Of a DNA stretch of 64,000 nt, positions 1 through 8,261 are shown in pieces. Location of the stretch: assembly GCA_963815115.1 (NCBI GenBank), contig CAWFFN010000007.1, positions 32,001-96,000 on the forward strand, in the 5' to 3' direction. The number at the start of each line of letters is the position of its first letter. The first letter of the stretch is position 1. This DNA comes from an uncultured delta proteobacterium. Its GTDB lineage: Bacteria > Desulfobacterota > Binatia > DP-6. Position numbers and translations under genes: made by a program. Below the pieces are notes generated by a model that saw only the letters and a list, made by a program, of their open reading frames with translations, searched no databases and was not told the DNA's origin.

Positions 1-295
1 CCGCCACGTCGCCGTCCGCCAGCGGGTGCGCGAGCGGGAACGGCGGCTGTATCCACTCGACGCCGTGCTGCTCGAGCGCGAGGGATCGGAAGAATGGAGA
101 TGCGACGCCGAGCGGATGGATGGCCGAGCACACGTCGTGACGGAATCCGGGACGCGTCAGCTCCTCGGTCCGGGTGCCGCCGCCGATCCGGTCCGCCGCC
201 TCGACGACGAGCACCGATCGCCCCGCCCGGGCGAGCACGATGGCTGCCGAGAGGCCGTTCGGTCCCGCACCGACGACGATGGCGTCCAGCGGCAT
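1..295 (-). CDS. NAD(P)/FAD-dependent oxidoreductase, phytoene dehydrogenase-like (runs off window start)
   Basis: Manual translation from ATG at 295: [63 protein letters not shown]. Has the GxGxxG Rossmann motif and HDVCSAIHP typical of this family. Confidence 0.85.
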   Translation of the reverse strand, partial: MPLDAIVVGAGPNGLSAAIVLARAGRSVLVVEAADRIGGGTRTEELTRPGFRHDVCSAIHPLGVASPFFRSLALEQHGVEWIQPPFPLAHPLADGDVA

Positions 296-401
296 CCCCC
301 TGGTACCCCTGGTCGTCCGCCGCGCCCGCGTCAACGGTCTCGGGCGGAAGCGGGATTGGCCTCGTGGCGCTCGTCTGCCCGCGTCGCCGTAGCCACCGGC
401 G

Positions 402-1073
402 CTACGGGGAGCCCCCCGGCGCCTCCGTCGCGGTTTCGCCGAGGGCCTCCGCGGCGACACGCAGGTCGGCGACGAACTGCCCGAATGCCGCCTGGCGGCT
501 GTCCTCGTCCGTCGCGCGCAGGATCGACGACGGATGGACCGTCGCCAGGACGCGCGAAGCGAACGCCGAGGCGACGAATCGGCCACGATCGCGGCTGACG
601 CGAAATTGCGCCCCGAGCAGGGCCTGGGCGGCGGTGGCACCGAGGCACACGACGATCCGCGGCCTCACCAAGGCGATCTCGCGCTCCAGCCAGGGCCGGC
701 ACGCCGCGATCTGGCGCGCGTTCGGCTTCTTGTGGATACGCCACTTCCCGCGCGGCTCCCAGCTGAAGTGCTTCACCACGTTGGTCACGTAGGCGCGCGC
801 GCGCTCGATCCCGGCCTCGGCGAGCGCCCGTTCCAGCAGCTTTCCGGCAGGCCCGACGAACGGCCGGCCGGAGAGGTCCTCCTCGTTTCCCGGCTGCTCG
901 CCGACGAGCATCACGGGCGCGTGCGCGCGCCCTTCCCCGAAGACGGTCTGGGTCGCGCGCTCCCACAGGTCACACGCCTGGCACTTCGCGGCTTCGCGAC
1001 GCAGCTCGGGCAGGGAAGCACCCGGCAGAGCCGGCGGTGAGGGCCGTTCTGGCGTGCGCGGTCTCCGTCGCAC
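402..1073 (-). CDS. udgX: UdgX-family uracil-DNA glycosylase/binding protein (family 4 UDG)
   Basis: CxxC Fe-S ligands, GEQPG motif A, HPSS motif B, R-loop-like [17 protein letters not shown] before the GTG. Confidence 0.85.
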   Translation of the reverse strand: MRRRPRTPERPSPPALPGASLPELRREAAKCQACDLWERATQTVFGEGRAHAPVMLVGEQPGNEEDLSGRPFVGPAGKLLERALAEAGIERARAYVTNVVKHFSWEPRGKWRIHKKPNARQIAACRPWLEREIALVRPRIVVCLGATAAQALLGAQFRVSRDRGRFVASAFASRVLATVHPSSILRATDEDSRQAAFGQFVADLRVAAEALGETATEAPGGSP

Positions 1074-1130
1074 GAGTGGCCTCCAGCGGCGGGCTCGCCC
1101 GTGCTGCCGGCCGAGCCCGGCCGCCGTCGA

Positions 1131-1424
1131 TCACGCGTGGTGCCGGGGCTCGGCCTCGACGGAATTCGTCGGGGTGATCTGGTCCTTGAGCCGCTGGGTT
1201 GCGCCGTCCAGCCGCTCGCCGAGATCGTGGCGGAGCTCGTGCCCGGGCTTGGGTGCGAACAGCAGCGCCAGGGCGCCACCGACCACCGTGCCGAGGGCGA
1301 AGGCCCCGATCATGGTGAACGCGGTGTCGTTGGCGCTGCGCTGCTGCAGGCCGACCCAGTTGAGGAGGTCGTCACGTTCCGGGAGGCGGGTTCCCAGCTG
1401 CTGGGAGAGATCCTTGAGTGTCAT
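1131..1424 (-). CDS. YtxH-domain general stress protein
   Basis: GAFALGTVVGGALALLFAPKPGHELR is the YtxH signature. Confidence 0.8.
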   Translation of the reverse strand: MTLKDLSQQLGTRLPERDDLLNWVGLQQRSANDTAFTMIGAFALGTVVGGALALLFAPKPGHELRHDLGERLDGATQRLKDQITPTNSVEAEPRHHA

Positions 1425-1660
1425 TGATAGCTCCTCTGTTGGTCGAATGCGCCGCGGACCGCCGCGGCGAGGACGTTGCCGGCCATCGCGCGGCCGCCGG
1501 TCATGATGAGCAGCCGCACGAGGCCGGGCGTGAGGCCACCGCCGAGCACGTACCCGGCGGCGAGCGCGAGGCCGAGCGTACGGTACGGGGCCGCCTGCAC
1601 CTCCTGGCGCAGGAAATTCGCGACCTCGTCCGAGCGTCGTTCCACCTCCGAGAACTCCAT
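1421..1660 (-). CDS. Small membrane protein, DUF883/ElaB-like
   Basis: MEFSEVERRSDEVANFLRQEVQAAPYRTLGLALAAGYVLGGG. GGAGG RBS; ATGA overlap with the downstream gene. Confidence 0.65.
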   Translation of the reverse strand: MEFSEVERRSDEVANFLRQEVQAAPYRTLGLALAAGYVLGGGLTPGLVRLLIMTGGRAMAGNVLAAAVRGAFDQQRSYQ

Positions 1661-1664
1661 GTTT

Positions 1665-1859
1665 CTACCTCCCTCTGCCGAGCCACAGGCCGACGACGAA
1701 TGCGCCCGCGAGCCACGCACCCGGGCGCAGCCGAATGGACTCCGAGGGATCGCTCCACGAGCGCGCGGCGACCGAGAGGTCCTGCACCGCGAGCCGCAGC
1801 TCGTGCTTGTGCTGCTCGAGGCTCTGGCGCAGCGCTTCCCGGTTCTCCGGCCTAGCCAT
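1665..1859 (-). CDS. Small hypothetical membrane-anchored protein (coiled coil + C-terminal TM)
   Basis: 64 aa, coupled to its neighbours; ends PGAWLAGAFVVGLWLGRGR. Confidence 0.6.
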   Translation of the reverse strand: MARPENREALRQSLEQHKHELRLAVQDLSVAARSWSDPSESIRLRPGAWLAGAFVVGLWLGRGR

Positions 1860-2202
1860 CCCCGATGTCCTTCAGCCGGTGGCGTGCGCCGACGATGAGA
1901 ACGCCCCCTCCGAGCAGGTTCAGGGCGGCGAGGGCCCCCAGGGTCTGCAGCGCGCCGAACCGCGGCGCCAGGATCTCGAAGGCAGCCATCAGCGCGATCA
2001 CCCATCCGATCGCCAGCAGCACCGTTGCGAGCAACATCAGCGCGCTGTTCCGCAGGGCTCCCGAAAGGGCGGAGGACAGCTCGACGCCGAGCAGGCTCAC
2101 CTCGTCGCCGACCACCTTCTGCGCGGCGTCGACCATCCGGTCGAGGGAATCGGTCAGCGAGGGAGCAGGCCGCTGATCAGAGCCGTTCGCTTGCAGGTGC
2201 AT
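1852..2202 (-). CDS. Holin-X / phage holin superfamily membrane protein (stress-island type)
   Basis: SLTDSLDRMVDAAQKVVGDEVSLLGVEL followed by two TM helices; a usual neighbour of DUF883/YtxH genes. Confidence 0.7.
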   Translation of the reverse strand: MHLQANGSDQRPAPSLTDSLDRMVDAAQKVVGDEVSLLGVELSSALSGALRNSALMLLATVLLAIGWVIALMAAFEILAPRFGALQTLGALAALNLLGGGVLIVGARHRLKDIGDG

Positions 2203-2217
2203 CGTCGTGACGCGATC

Positions 2218-2233
2218 TGCACCTCGCGTGCCA
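2218..2233 (-). promoter_or_regulatory. sigma54 -24/-12 promoter
   Basis: Minus strand TGGCACGCGAGGTGCA (GG-N10-GC), 15 nt upstream of the ATG at 2202. Confidence 0.7.
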
Positions 2234-2343
2234 GGAAGCGGTGGGCCTCAAACGCCTGCCGGCGGCTCGCGAGAGCGACGGGGCCCGCGTGCGCTTTGTA
2301 CGTTCTACTCCGCAGCCATCCGCGATCTGCCGAGAGTCCGTCG

Positions 2344-2475
2344 TCAGCCGGCGATCAGCGCCCAGGTCAGGACGACCAGGCCGGGAACGCCCAGGAGCCA
2401 CGCGAGCAAGAACCGGACGTCGTATTCGCTGCTCAGCGTGGCGTGCGGTCCCGCCGACACTATCTCGGACTTCAT
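2344..2475 (-). CDS. 43-aa single-TM small protein (absent from ORF track)
   Basis: MKSEIVSAGPHATLSSEYDVRFLLAWLLGVPGLVVLTWALIAG. Strong GAGGAGGAG RBS and its own sigma54 site. Confidence 0.7.
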   Translation of the reverse strand: MKSEIVSAGPHATLSSEYDVRFLLAWLLGVPGLVVLTWALIAG

Positions 2476-2520
2476 TTGGCTCCTCCTCGCATCCCCGCTT
2501 GCGACGCTTCGGTTGGCAGG

Positions 2521-2536
2521 AGCGAAGAGCGTGCCA
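2521..2536 (-). promoter_or_regulatory. sigma54 -24/-12 promoter
   Basis: Minus strand TGGCACGCTCTTCGCT (GG-N10-GC), upstream of the 43-aa ORF. Confidence 0.65.
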
Positions 2537-2597
2537 GCGGCGTGACCGGCCGATTTTCAACGGGCGTCGCTCACCCGGCGACCCGCGCGCTGGCGGA

Positions 2598-2609
2598 TTG
2601 TTTCTACAA
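2598..2609. promoter_or_regulatory. Candidate enhancer (UAS), TTGT-N4-ACAA / TTGTAGAAA
   Basis: TTGTTTCTACAA, ~65 bp upstream of the sigma54 site at 2536. The same 9-mer occurs at 7395 and 10533. Confidence 0.55.
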
Positions 2610-2773
2610 ATCACCAGCTTGGCCGGGGGCGGGGATGCCAGGCTCGCGTGCGGGCCTGGCCTCACCTCTGCCGGTGGGGCCATCGTGTGTCATCTCGCGC
2701 TGGCTGCAGATCACGACGGGGCCGCTCGCTCGCGGCGGACACGCTTCCGGCACCGGACACCGAGCGCGAGGGG

Positions 2774-3589
2774 TCACTCGAGACGGATCTCCTGCCCGGC
2801 GTAGTTTCTCGGCCCCACGAAACGCACCATGGCCGGCGGGGAGTCCTTGGTCTGGAAGAAGCTGGTGTCCGGCGCGATCATGTGCACGATGGGGTTGAGC
2901 AGCGGGTTGACGGTCACCCGCATGATGTACTGGACGACGGGGACCGGGTGCCCCGGCCGCTGGACGGTCGACGGATCGCCACGCGACACTTCCATGTCCA
3001 TCTTGCGCGGGCTGGGCGTCGGCACGACGGTATGGAACACGAGCTTGCCGCCTTCCGCGTTGGCGTCGAAGTTCTTCAGCACCAGGTTGATCAGCGGTCC
3101 GAAATAGGTTCCCGGCGGAAGTTCCCCACGCTCGTCGAAGTCCGTCTTGTCCTTGCCCTGACCGTAGAATCCCCAGACGCGACCCGCGCCGACATCGACA
3201 TGCATGTCGACGATCGTCTCTCCCGCGCTGTTCCGGATGATGGACTCGCCGCGCACGGTGCGAAGTGTCTTGCCGATCTTCGCGACCGCAGAATCCTCGT
3301 CGCTGGAGCCGTCGTTGAAGTAGGCGACGCGCTTTGCCTCGAGCGTGTCGCCCCTGCGGCGCTGATTGTAGTGGACGACCCCGATGGGGTCGGTTCCCTC
3401 CTTGCCGAAGATGTTGACGAAGCCGGTCAGCTCGCCCTCGTCGTACGCCATCTTGATCGGGTCGCCCGCGTCCCGGGCACCGGCTCGTGGCGCGAGCGCC
3501 AGAACGAGGAAGAAGATGGACCACCTGACATGTCTGATCGGCATCGTGGACTGCGAGGTCTGGAAGACGCTCGTTCGCCGCGGCGTCAC
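2774..3589 (-). CDS. Secreted hypothetical protein
   Basis: Signal-peptide-like RHVRWSIFFLVLALAPRAGA; protein-like composition; GTGA overlap with the upstream gene. Start is uncertain. Confidence 0.7.
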   Translation of the reverse strand: MTPRRTSVFQTSQSTMPIRHVRWSIFFLVLALAPRAGARDAGDPIKMAYDEGELTGFVNIFGKEGTDPIGVVHYNQRRRGDTLEAKRVAYFNDGSSDEDSAVAKIGKTLRTVRGESIIRNSAGETIVDMHVDVGAGRVWGFYGQGKDKTDFDERGELPPGTYFGPLINLVLKNFDANAEGGKLVFHTVVPTPSPRKMDMEVSRGDPSTVQRPGHPVPVVQYIMRVTVNPLLNPIVHMIAPDTSFFQTKDSPPAMVRFVGPRNYAGQEIRLE

Positions 3590-4110
3590 TCGCCGGCCGT
3601 GTCGTGCAACCCGACGGCCCAGTCCTGGCGGGCTACGTCGACGCTCTGGGCGCCTGCGGCGGCCAGGGCCTCGCGGGCTGCATCGGCCTCGTCCGAGGTC
3701 TCGATCGCGGCAACGAGAAGCGCCCGGCCGTGCCGCAGCGCTTCCTCGTAGACGACCAGCTCGTCGTGCGGAATGCCGAACGACAGCTTGTCCTCCACGA
3801 CGTCACCCGCCACGGCTCCGCCGCCGGCGCCGAGGAGGGCAGCACCGGCGATCCCCGCGATCGCGGCAGCGCCGATGGGCGGAGCCAGCAGGCTCGCGAG
3901 CGCCGCACCGACCGCACCGCCAACCACCCCGCCGACCGCGGCGCCCATCCCGGGCTGCTCCGCGTCGTCCGTCGGCAGCGTGTCGATCTCTCCGCCGGAC
4001 GCGGTCGGTGACACGAGGCGAACGCGCGCACCGGGAACGACGCGAAACACGTCCCGGCCGGCTCGTCGCGCGTCCTCTATCGTTTGGAAGATACCGACGA
4101 CGGCTTGCAT
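3586..4110 (-). CDS. General stress protein, glycine-zipper membrane type (DUF1269/YflT-like)
   Basis: MQAVVGIFQTIEDARRA...GAAVGGVVGGAVGA...GIPHDELVVYEEALRHGRALL. Confidence 0.75.
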   Translation of the reverse strand: MQAVVGIFQTIEDARRAGRDVFRVVPGARVRLVSPTASGGEIDTLPTDDAEQPGMGAAVGGVVGGAVGAALASLLAPPIGAAAIAGIAGAALLGAGGGAVAGDVVEDKLSFGIPHDELVVYEEALRHGRALLVAAIETSDEADAAREALAAAGAQSVDVARQDWAVGLHDTAGE

Positions 4111-4123
4111 GAACCGTTGGTGG

Positions 4124-4139
4124 AGCGAGAACCGTGCCG
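4124..4139 (-). promoter_or_regulatory. sigma54 -24/-12 promoter
   Basis: Minus strand CGGCACGGTTCTCGCT (GG-N10-GC), 13 nt before the ATG at 4110. Confidence 0.6.
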
Positions 4140-4258
4140 CTCGCAAGGGCTGTGCGCGCCCGTGAATCCCGCGTGCATGCCGCCGATCTCTACAACTTAC
4201 AACGCCTTGCCCCGCTGACGGCGTCACGAACGCCGCACCGACTTTGCTCCGCGAGGAC

Positions 4259-4274
4259 CGGCACCGGTCCTGCA
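4259..4274 (+). promoter_or_regulatory. sigma54 -24/-12 promoter of csbD
   Basis: CGGCACCGGTCCTGCA (GG-N10-GC). Confidence 0.65.
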
Positions 4275-4313
4275 TGATCGCTCGTCGGTCCGCCTGGACC
4301 GAAGGAGGAAACG

Positions 4314-4526
4314 ATGAACAAGGACACCCTCAAGGGGCAGTGGAAGCAGTTGAAGGGACAGGTCCGCAAGCAGTGGGGCAAGCTCACTGATGACGACCTG
4401 GATCAGATTCACGGTGACGCAGAGATCCTCGCCGGCAAGATTCAGGAGCGCTACGGCCGGGCGAAGGACGACGCGCAGCGTGAGGTCGACAAGTTCTTCG
4501 AGGATCAGGACCAGCCCCGGGCGTAG
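4314..4526 (+). CDS. csbD: CsbD-family stress protein
   Basis: MNKDTLKGQWKQLKGQVRKQWGKLTDDDL...LAGKIQERYG; AGGAGG RBS. Confidence 0.95.
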   Translation: MNKDTLKGQWKQLKGQVRKQWGKLTDDDLDQIHGDAEILAGKIQERYGRAKDDAQREVDKFFEDQDQPRA

Positions 4527-4732
4527 ACGCCCGGGCGAGCCGGAATCGAATGACCACCTTCCCCACCATCGGCGCCACGCAACGCGGGGGTGGGTTAGGA
4601 GGCGGGGGCCGGGAGTGCTAGCCTCGGGGCGCCCTTCGAACGAGGCGCATGCTCTACAACTCCCGCCGGGAAGGTTCTCCAATCGACACCCGGGTGCAGC
4701 AGAAAATCCGTAGACACACCACGAGGTTGCGC

Positions 4733-4748
4733 TGGCATGACGGTTGCT
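4733..4748 (+). promoter_or_regulatory. sigma54 -24/-12 promoter of the DUF1328 gene
   Basis: TGGCATGACGGTTGCT, near-perfect consensus. Confidence 0.8.
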
Positions 4749-4774
4749 CACCGAGTCCACAGGAGGATTGAACG

Positions 4775-4954
4775 ATGCTGAACTGGGCCGTGACGTTCTT
4801 CGTGATCGCCCTCATCGCGGCGCTGCTGGGTTTCGGTGGAGTGGCGGGGATGTCGGCCAACATCGGTTGGCTACTGGCCGTTCTCGGGGTCGTCGTCCTC
4901 GCGATCGGCTTGCTGAGCCGGGCGCTCGGCGGCGGCCGGAGCGCGCTGCCATAG
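4775..4954 (+). CDS. DUF1328 (UPF0391/YtjA) small membrane protein (absent from ORF track)
   Basis: MLNWAVTFFVIALIAALLGFGGVAGMSANIGWLLAVLGVVVLAIGLLSRALGGGRSALP; AGGAGG RBS. Confidence 0.9.
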   Translation: MLNWAVTFFVIALIAALLGFGGVAGMSANIGWLLAVLGVVVLAIGLLSRALGGGRSALP

Positions 4955-4963
4955 CCGAGCCAA

Positions 4964-5005
4964 GCGAGCCCAGGCACCGGGCGCCGCGCCCGGTGCCTGG
5001 GCTCG
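4964..5005. terminator. Long GC-rich hairpin after the DUF1328 gene
   Basis: CGAGCCCAGGCACCGGGCG-CCG-CGCCCGGTGCCTGGGCTCG inverted repeat; no U-tract. Confidence 0.55.
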
Positions 5006-5143
5006 GCGACGTCTGCAGAGGTCCGGCGATCCGATGCCGCGTGCGCAGGGCCGGGCGGTCCTGCTCGGGGCGAGCATCATGAGGAGAGCGCCTCGCGACG
5101 GCGCTCTGGGGTTGGAGGAGATTCGGATGAAGAGGATGCCATC

Positions 5144-5374
5144 ATGAGACTCGCCACCAGTCGCCGAAATGCGTGGCTGTGCCGCGGGCTCACCGGGGTC
5201 GCCCTGGCGGCGCCGCTCGCCCTCGCTCCGGCACTGCCCGTCACGGTGTATCCGGACGGCGACCGTGCGAAGTCCGCTCGCACGGTCAGGCCCTCGCGCG
5301 ATGTTCCGATCGCCAGCGCGACCCTGAAACCGATGCCGGCACAGCCGGCCGTTCCGCCCGCGCTACCGGAATAG
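5144..5374 (+). CDS. Small exported hypothetical protein
   Basis: 76 aa with a signal-like N-terminus (SRRNAWL...VALAAPLALAPA). Confidence 0.45.
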   Translation: MRLATSRRNAWLCRGLTGVALAAPLALAPALPVTVYPDGDRAKSARTVRPSRDVPIASATLKPMPAQPAVPPALPE

Positions 5375-5385
5375 CACTGGCGTCG

Positions 5386-6744
5386 CTACTCCCGCTTGTA
5401 CACGTTCAAGCGGTTGTAGAGCGTCTTCAAGCTGATCCCGAGCACCTCGGCGGTCTTTTTCTTGTCGCCATCGTAGTGGTCGAGCGTCGCCAGGATGAGG
5501 TGACGCTCCGCTTCGCTGAGCGACGTACCGACCTTGAGCGCCGGCTCGCCGCCACCCGGCCCCGCCCCGCTGCTGACGGTTGGCGCGCCGAGATCGGCGG
5601 GCAGGCTGGTAGCCTCGATCTCCCCCTCGGCCATGATGTAGGCGCGCTGCACGGCGTTCTTCAGCTCGCGCACGTTGCCCGGCCAGTCGTGGCGCTCGAG
5701 TCGTTCGAGTGCGGACGGCGAGAGGCGCTTCTGGGTCGAATCCGCGGCGTTGAGCGCTTCGAGGAAGTGATGGGCCAGCAAGGTGATGTCGCCCTTCCGC
5801 TCGCGCAGAGGCGGAAGGCTGATCGGAAACACGTTCAGCCGGTAGTAGAGGTCCTCGCGGAGCTGGCCCTCACTGACGGATTGCGCCGGCGAGCGATTGG
5901 TCGCGGCGACCACCCGGACGTCGGTGGGAACTGGCTGGTCGCCGCCGATGCGCAGGACCTGACCGGTCTCGAGCACGCGCAGCAACTTCACCTGGAGCTC
6001 GATTGGCATCTCGGTGATCTCGTCCAGGAACAGCGTTCCGCCGGAGGCGCGCTCGAAGTGGCCGCGATGGCGCTGCGCCGCGCCGGTGAAGCTTCCACGC
6101 TCGTGCCCGAACAGCTCGCTCTCGATGAGGTTCGGTGACACGGCCCCGCAGTTGATGGCGAGGAACGGCCCCCGGCGGCGCCGGCTGAGCCCCTGGATCG
6201 TCTCCGCCACGAGCTCCTTGCCGGTTCCACTCTCGCCCGTGACCAGCACCGTCGCCTCGGTCGGCGAGACCTTCGCAACGAGGTCGTACACTTCCTGCAT
6301 GGGCTGTGACGCGCCGATCATCGGGCCGAATCGGCCGAGCTTTCTGAGCTCGTGGCGCAACGAGCCGATCTCGTGGGTGTAGTCGAGCAATCGCGCCACG
6401 TTGGCGAGGACGGTCTTCAGGCGTGGCAGGTCGATGGGTTTGGTCAGGTAGTCGGTCACCCCACGCCGGAGCGCCTCCACGGCCGACTCCACGGTGGCAT
6501 TGCCCGTGATGAGCACCATCTGGGTCTTTCCGGGGTCCTCCTCGAGCACGCTCAGCAGGTCGAGCCCGCTGCCGTCGGGGAGCATGAGATCGCTGAGCAC
6601 CACGTCGGGCATCCGCTCGGCCAGCGCCGCCCGCGCGGTGGCAACGTCGCCCGCCGTCCTGGTGGTGAAGCCCTCGCGCTCCACCAGCCTGGCCAGGGCG
6701 CGCAGCTGGTCGGGGTCGTCGTCGATGAGGAGCGCTTCAGGCAT
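5386..6744 (-). CDS. sigma54-dependent response regulator (NtrC/AtoC family, REC-AAA+-Fis HTH)
   Basis: REC domain (LLIDDD, VLSDLMLP), GESGTGKE, GSFTGA, LFLDEI, WPGNVREL, HTH AEVLGISLKTLYNRL. Confidence 0.95.
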   Translation of the reverse strand: MPEALLIDDDPDQLRALARLVEREGFTTRTAGDVATARAALAERMPDVVLSDLMLPDGSGLDLLSVLEEDPGKTQMVLITGNATVESAVEALRRGVTDYLTKPIDLPRLKTVLANVARLLDYTHEIGSLRHELRKLGRFGPMIGASQPMQEVYDLVAKVSPTEATVLVTGESGTGKELVAETIQGLSRRRRGPFLAINCGAVSPNLIESELFGHERGSFTGAAQRHRGHFERASGGTLFLDEITEMPIELQVKLLRVLETGQVLRIGGDQPVPTDVRVVAATNRSPAQSVSEGQLREDLYYRLNVFPISLPPLRERKGDITLLAHHFLEALNAADSTQKRLSPSALERLERHDWPGNVRELKNAVQRAYIMAEGEIEATSLPADLGAPTVSSGAGPGGGEPALKVGTSLSEAERHLILATLDHYDGDKKKTAEVLGISLKTLYNRLNVYKRE

Positions 6745-7294
6745 CGGGCCCGTGTTCCCCGGGGGGCATCGAGACGTCGGCGCAGCTGCCGTCGGCCCTT
6801 CGCACCCGGACACCCCCGCTGCCGGGCGCCGGCTCGACCTGCACCGAGGAGCCGGAGTCGGCGACCGCGATCGCCTCCAGCAGAGCATCGAGGAGCTCCT
6901 GTCGCCAGCCCTCGAGCGCCGCACCCGCGCACCGCTTCGACGGGACCGGAGTTGCCTCGAGATTGACCTGTCGCGTGGCGGCCAGAGGCCGAACCGCGTC
7001 GACGGTCCTCGCCACGACGCTGGCAGTGTCGGTGTCGTCGGGCGCGTCCGGAAGCGCAGCGAGCGTCAGGAAGGCATCGGTGAGGCGCTGGAGGCGTGCG
7101 CACTGCTCCTTCACCACGGCGACATGCCGTCTCTGGGGCTCGCGAACGGACTCACCGGTGTCGAGGGAAACCGCGAGGAGCTCGAGATGGAGGGTGAGCG
7201 CGTTCAGCACTCCACGCACCTCGTGCGCCGTCGGGCGGGCGAGCCGGGAGAGGCTGGCCATGCGTGCGGAGAAGACGGCGTCGTCGCGTGACAT
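6737..7294 (-). CDS. Sensorless HisKA protein with degenerate ATP-binding domain
   Basis: H-box AHEVRGVLNAL is present. No recognisable N, G1 or G2 boxes. 185 aa; overlaps the regulator start. Confidence 0.65.
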   Translation of the reverse strand: MSRDDAVFSARMASLSRLARPTAHEVRGVLNALTLHLELLAVSLDTGESVREPQRRHVAVVKEQCARLQRLTDAFLTLAALPDAPDDTDTASVVARTVDAVRPLAATRQVNLEATPVPSKRCAGAALEGWRQELLDALLEAIAVADSGSSVQVEPAPGSGGVRVRRADGSCADVSMPPGEHGPDA

Positions 7295-7332
7295 GTTATG
7301 GTCGATGAGGGCGCTCAGCTGCTCACCCCCGG

Positions 7333-7348
7333 CGGCAAAGGTTTTGCA
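7333..7348 (+). promoter_or_regulatory. Possible additional sigma54 site
   Basis: CGGCAAAGGTTTTGCA (GG-N10-GC) in the divergent spacer, ~170 nt before the next start. Confidence 0.4.
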
Positions 7349-7394
7349 TTGCGCTCCGCGTCGCGTCAATCGACGGCCTGCTCGCGGCTCCCGG

Positions 7395-7403
7395 TTGTAG
7401 AAA
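7395..7403 (+). promoter_or_regulatory. Candidate enhancer TTGTAGAAA
   Basis: ~72 bp upstream of the sigma54 site at 7475. Confidence 0.55.
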
Positions 7404-7474
7404 CGACCCCCGGCGTTCCGGCCGAGTCAGCGCAAATCTCCCCGCGAATCCGTCGATGTTTCGGCCGTCGCTCG

Positions 7475-7490
7475 TGGCACGCGGGCTGCA
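7475..7490 (+). promoter_or_regulatory. sigma54 -24/-12 promoter
   Basis: TGGCACGCGGGCTGCA (GG-N10-GC). Confidence 0.75.
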
Positions 7491-7519
7491 TTGAAGTTCC
7501 CCCCGAGGGAGGTTGCCGC

Positions 7520-7954
7520 ATGAAGCGATTCACGTCGGAGGAGACGGAAGACAGGCTTCCGGGGCTGTTCGAGCCCCACACCATCCTGCCGGTACAGTAC
7601 TTCACCCGGTTGCAGCGGACCTCGATCTGGACCGGTGAGCAGCGACTGATGGCGGCCATCCTGGAGGATGCGGTCGCGGTGTGCGGCAAGCGCAGCGCCC
7701 CGAAGACCTCCAAGGCCCGGCAGATCCTGCGCGAGACGCTCCGGTGGCTGCGCAGCAACGACCGGACGTGGACGTTCTCGTTCCTGCGCATCTGCGAGCA
7801 TCTCGATCTGAACCCGAGCGCGATCCGGCGCGGTATCCGCATCCTGCGTGGCGAGGAGATGCCCGAGCCTGCTGGTGCTACCCACATCGGTCACGTTCCC
7901 CAGCCGGACGAAGCAGTGGAGGCCTATCCGGTCAAGCGCGCCGCCGTCGGATGA
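7520..7954 (+). CDS. Conserved-looking hypothetical protein (GEQRLMAAILEDAV...FSFLRICEHLDL)
   Basis: GGGAGG RBS, sigma54 promoter, 144 aa protein-like sequence. Confidence 0.8.
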   Translation: MKRFTSEETEDRLPGLFEPHTILPVQYFTRLQRTSIWTGEQRLMAAILEDAVAVCGKRSAPKTSKARQILRETLRWLRSNDRTWTFSFLRICEHLDLNPSAIRRGIRILRGEEMPEPAGATHIGHVPQPDEAVEAYPVKRAAVG

Positions 7955-8003
7955 CGGGGGACGCCATCGGAGCCCTCCCACGGAGACCTCGAAGGAGCCG
8001 TTG

Positions 8004-8207
8004 ATGACCGAGACGATGAGGCAGCCCCTCCATGCCGCAACCGCCGCAGCGGTCGGTGACGCGGAGTCGCAGGTCGAGCGCCTGCGCGATGGCGTCACGG
8101 ACGCCGACAAGCGCCTCCGGCAGTTCGTGCAGGAGCGGCCACTCACGGCTCTCCTCGCGGCCGCCGTTGCGGGATACATTGCGGCGCGCGTGTTGCGGCG
8201 GCTGTAG
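8004..8207 (+). CDS. DUF883/ElaB-like tail-anchored protein
   Basis: LRQFVQERPLTALLAAAVAGYIAARVL; AAGGAG RBS. Confidence 0.75.
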   Translation: MTETMRQPLHAATAAAVGDAESQVERLRDGVTDADKRLRQFVQERPLTALLAAAVAGYIAARVLRRL

Positions 8208-8261
8208 GCCGACGCGAATCTCAGCGCGGTCGGTGGGCCTCGCGCGGCCTGAGCCGCCGCC

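Noticed and set aside
1852-2202. Holin as evidence of a prophage
   Set aside because: No phage genes nearby. Holin-X proteins are routine neighbours of DUF883/YtxH.
5414-5421. TTGTAGAG copy of the enhancer motif
   Set aside because: Lies in the activator coding sequence (TLYNRL) and is explained by protein constraint.
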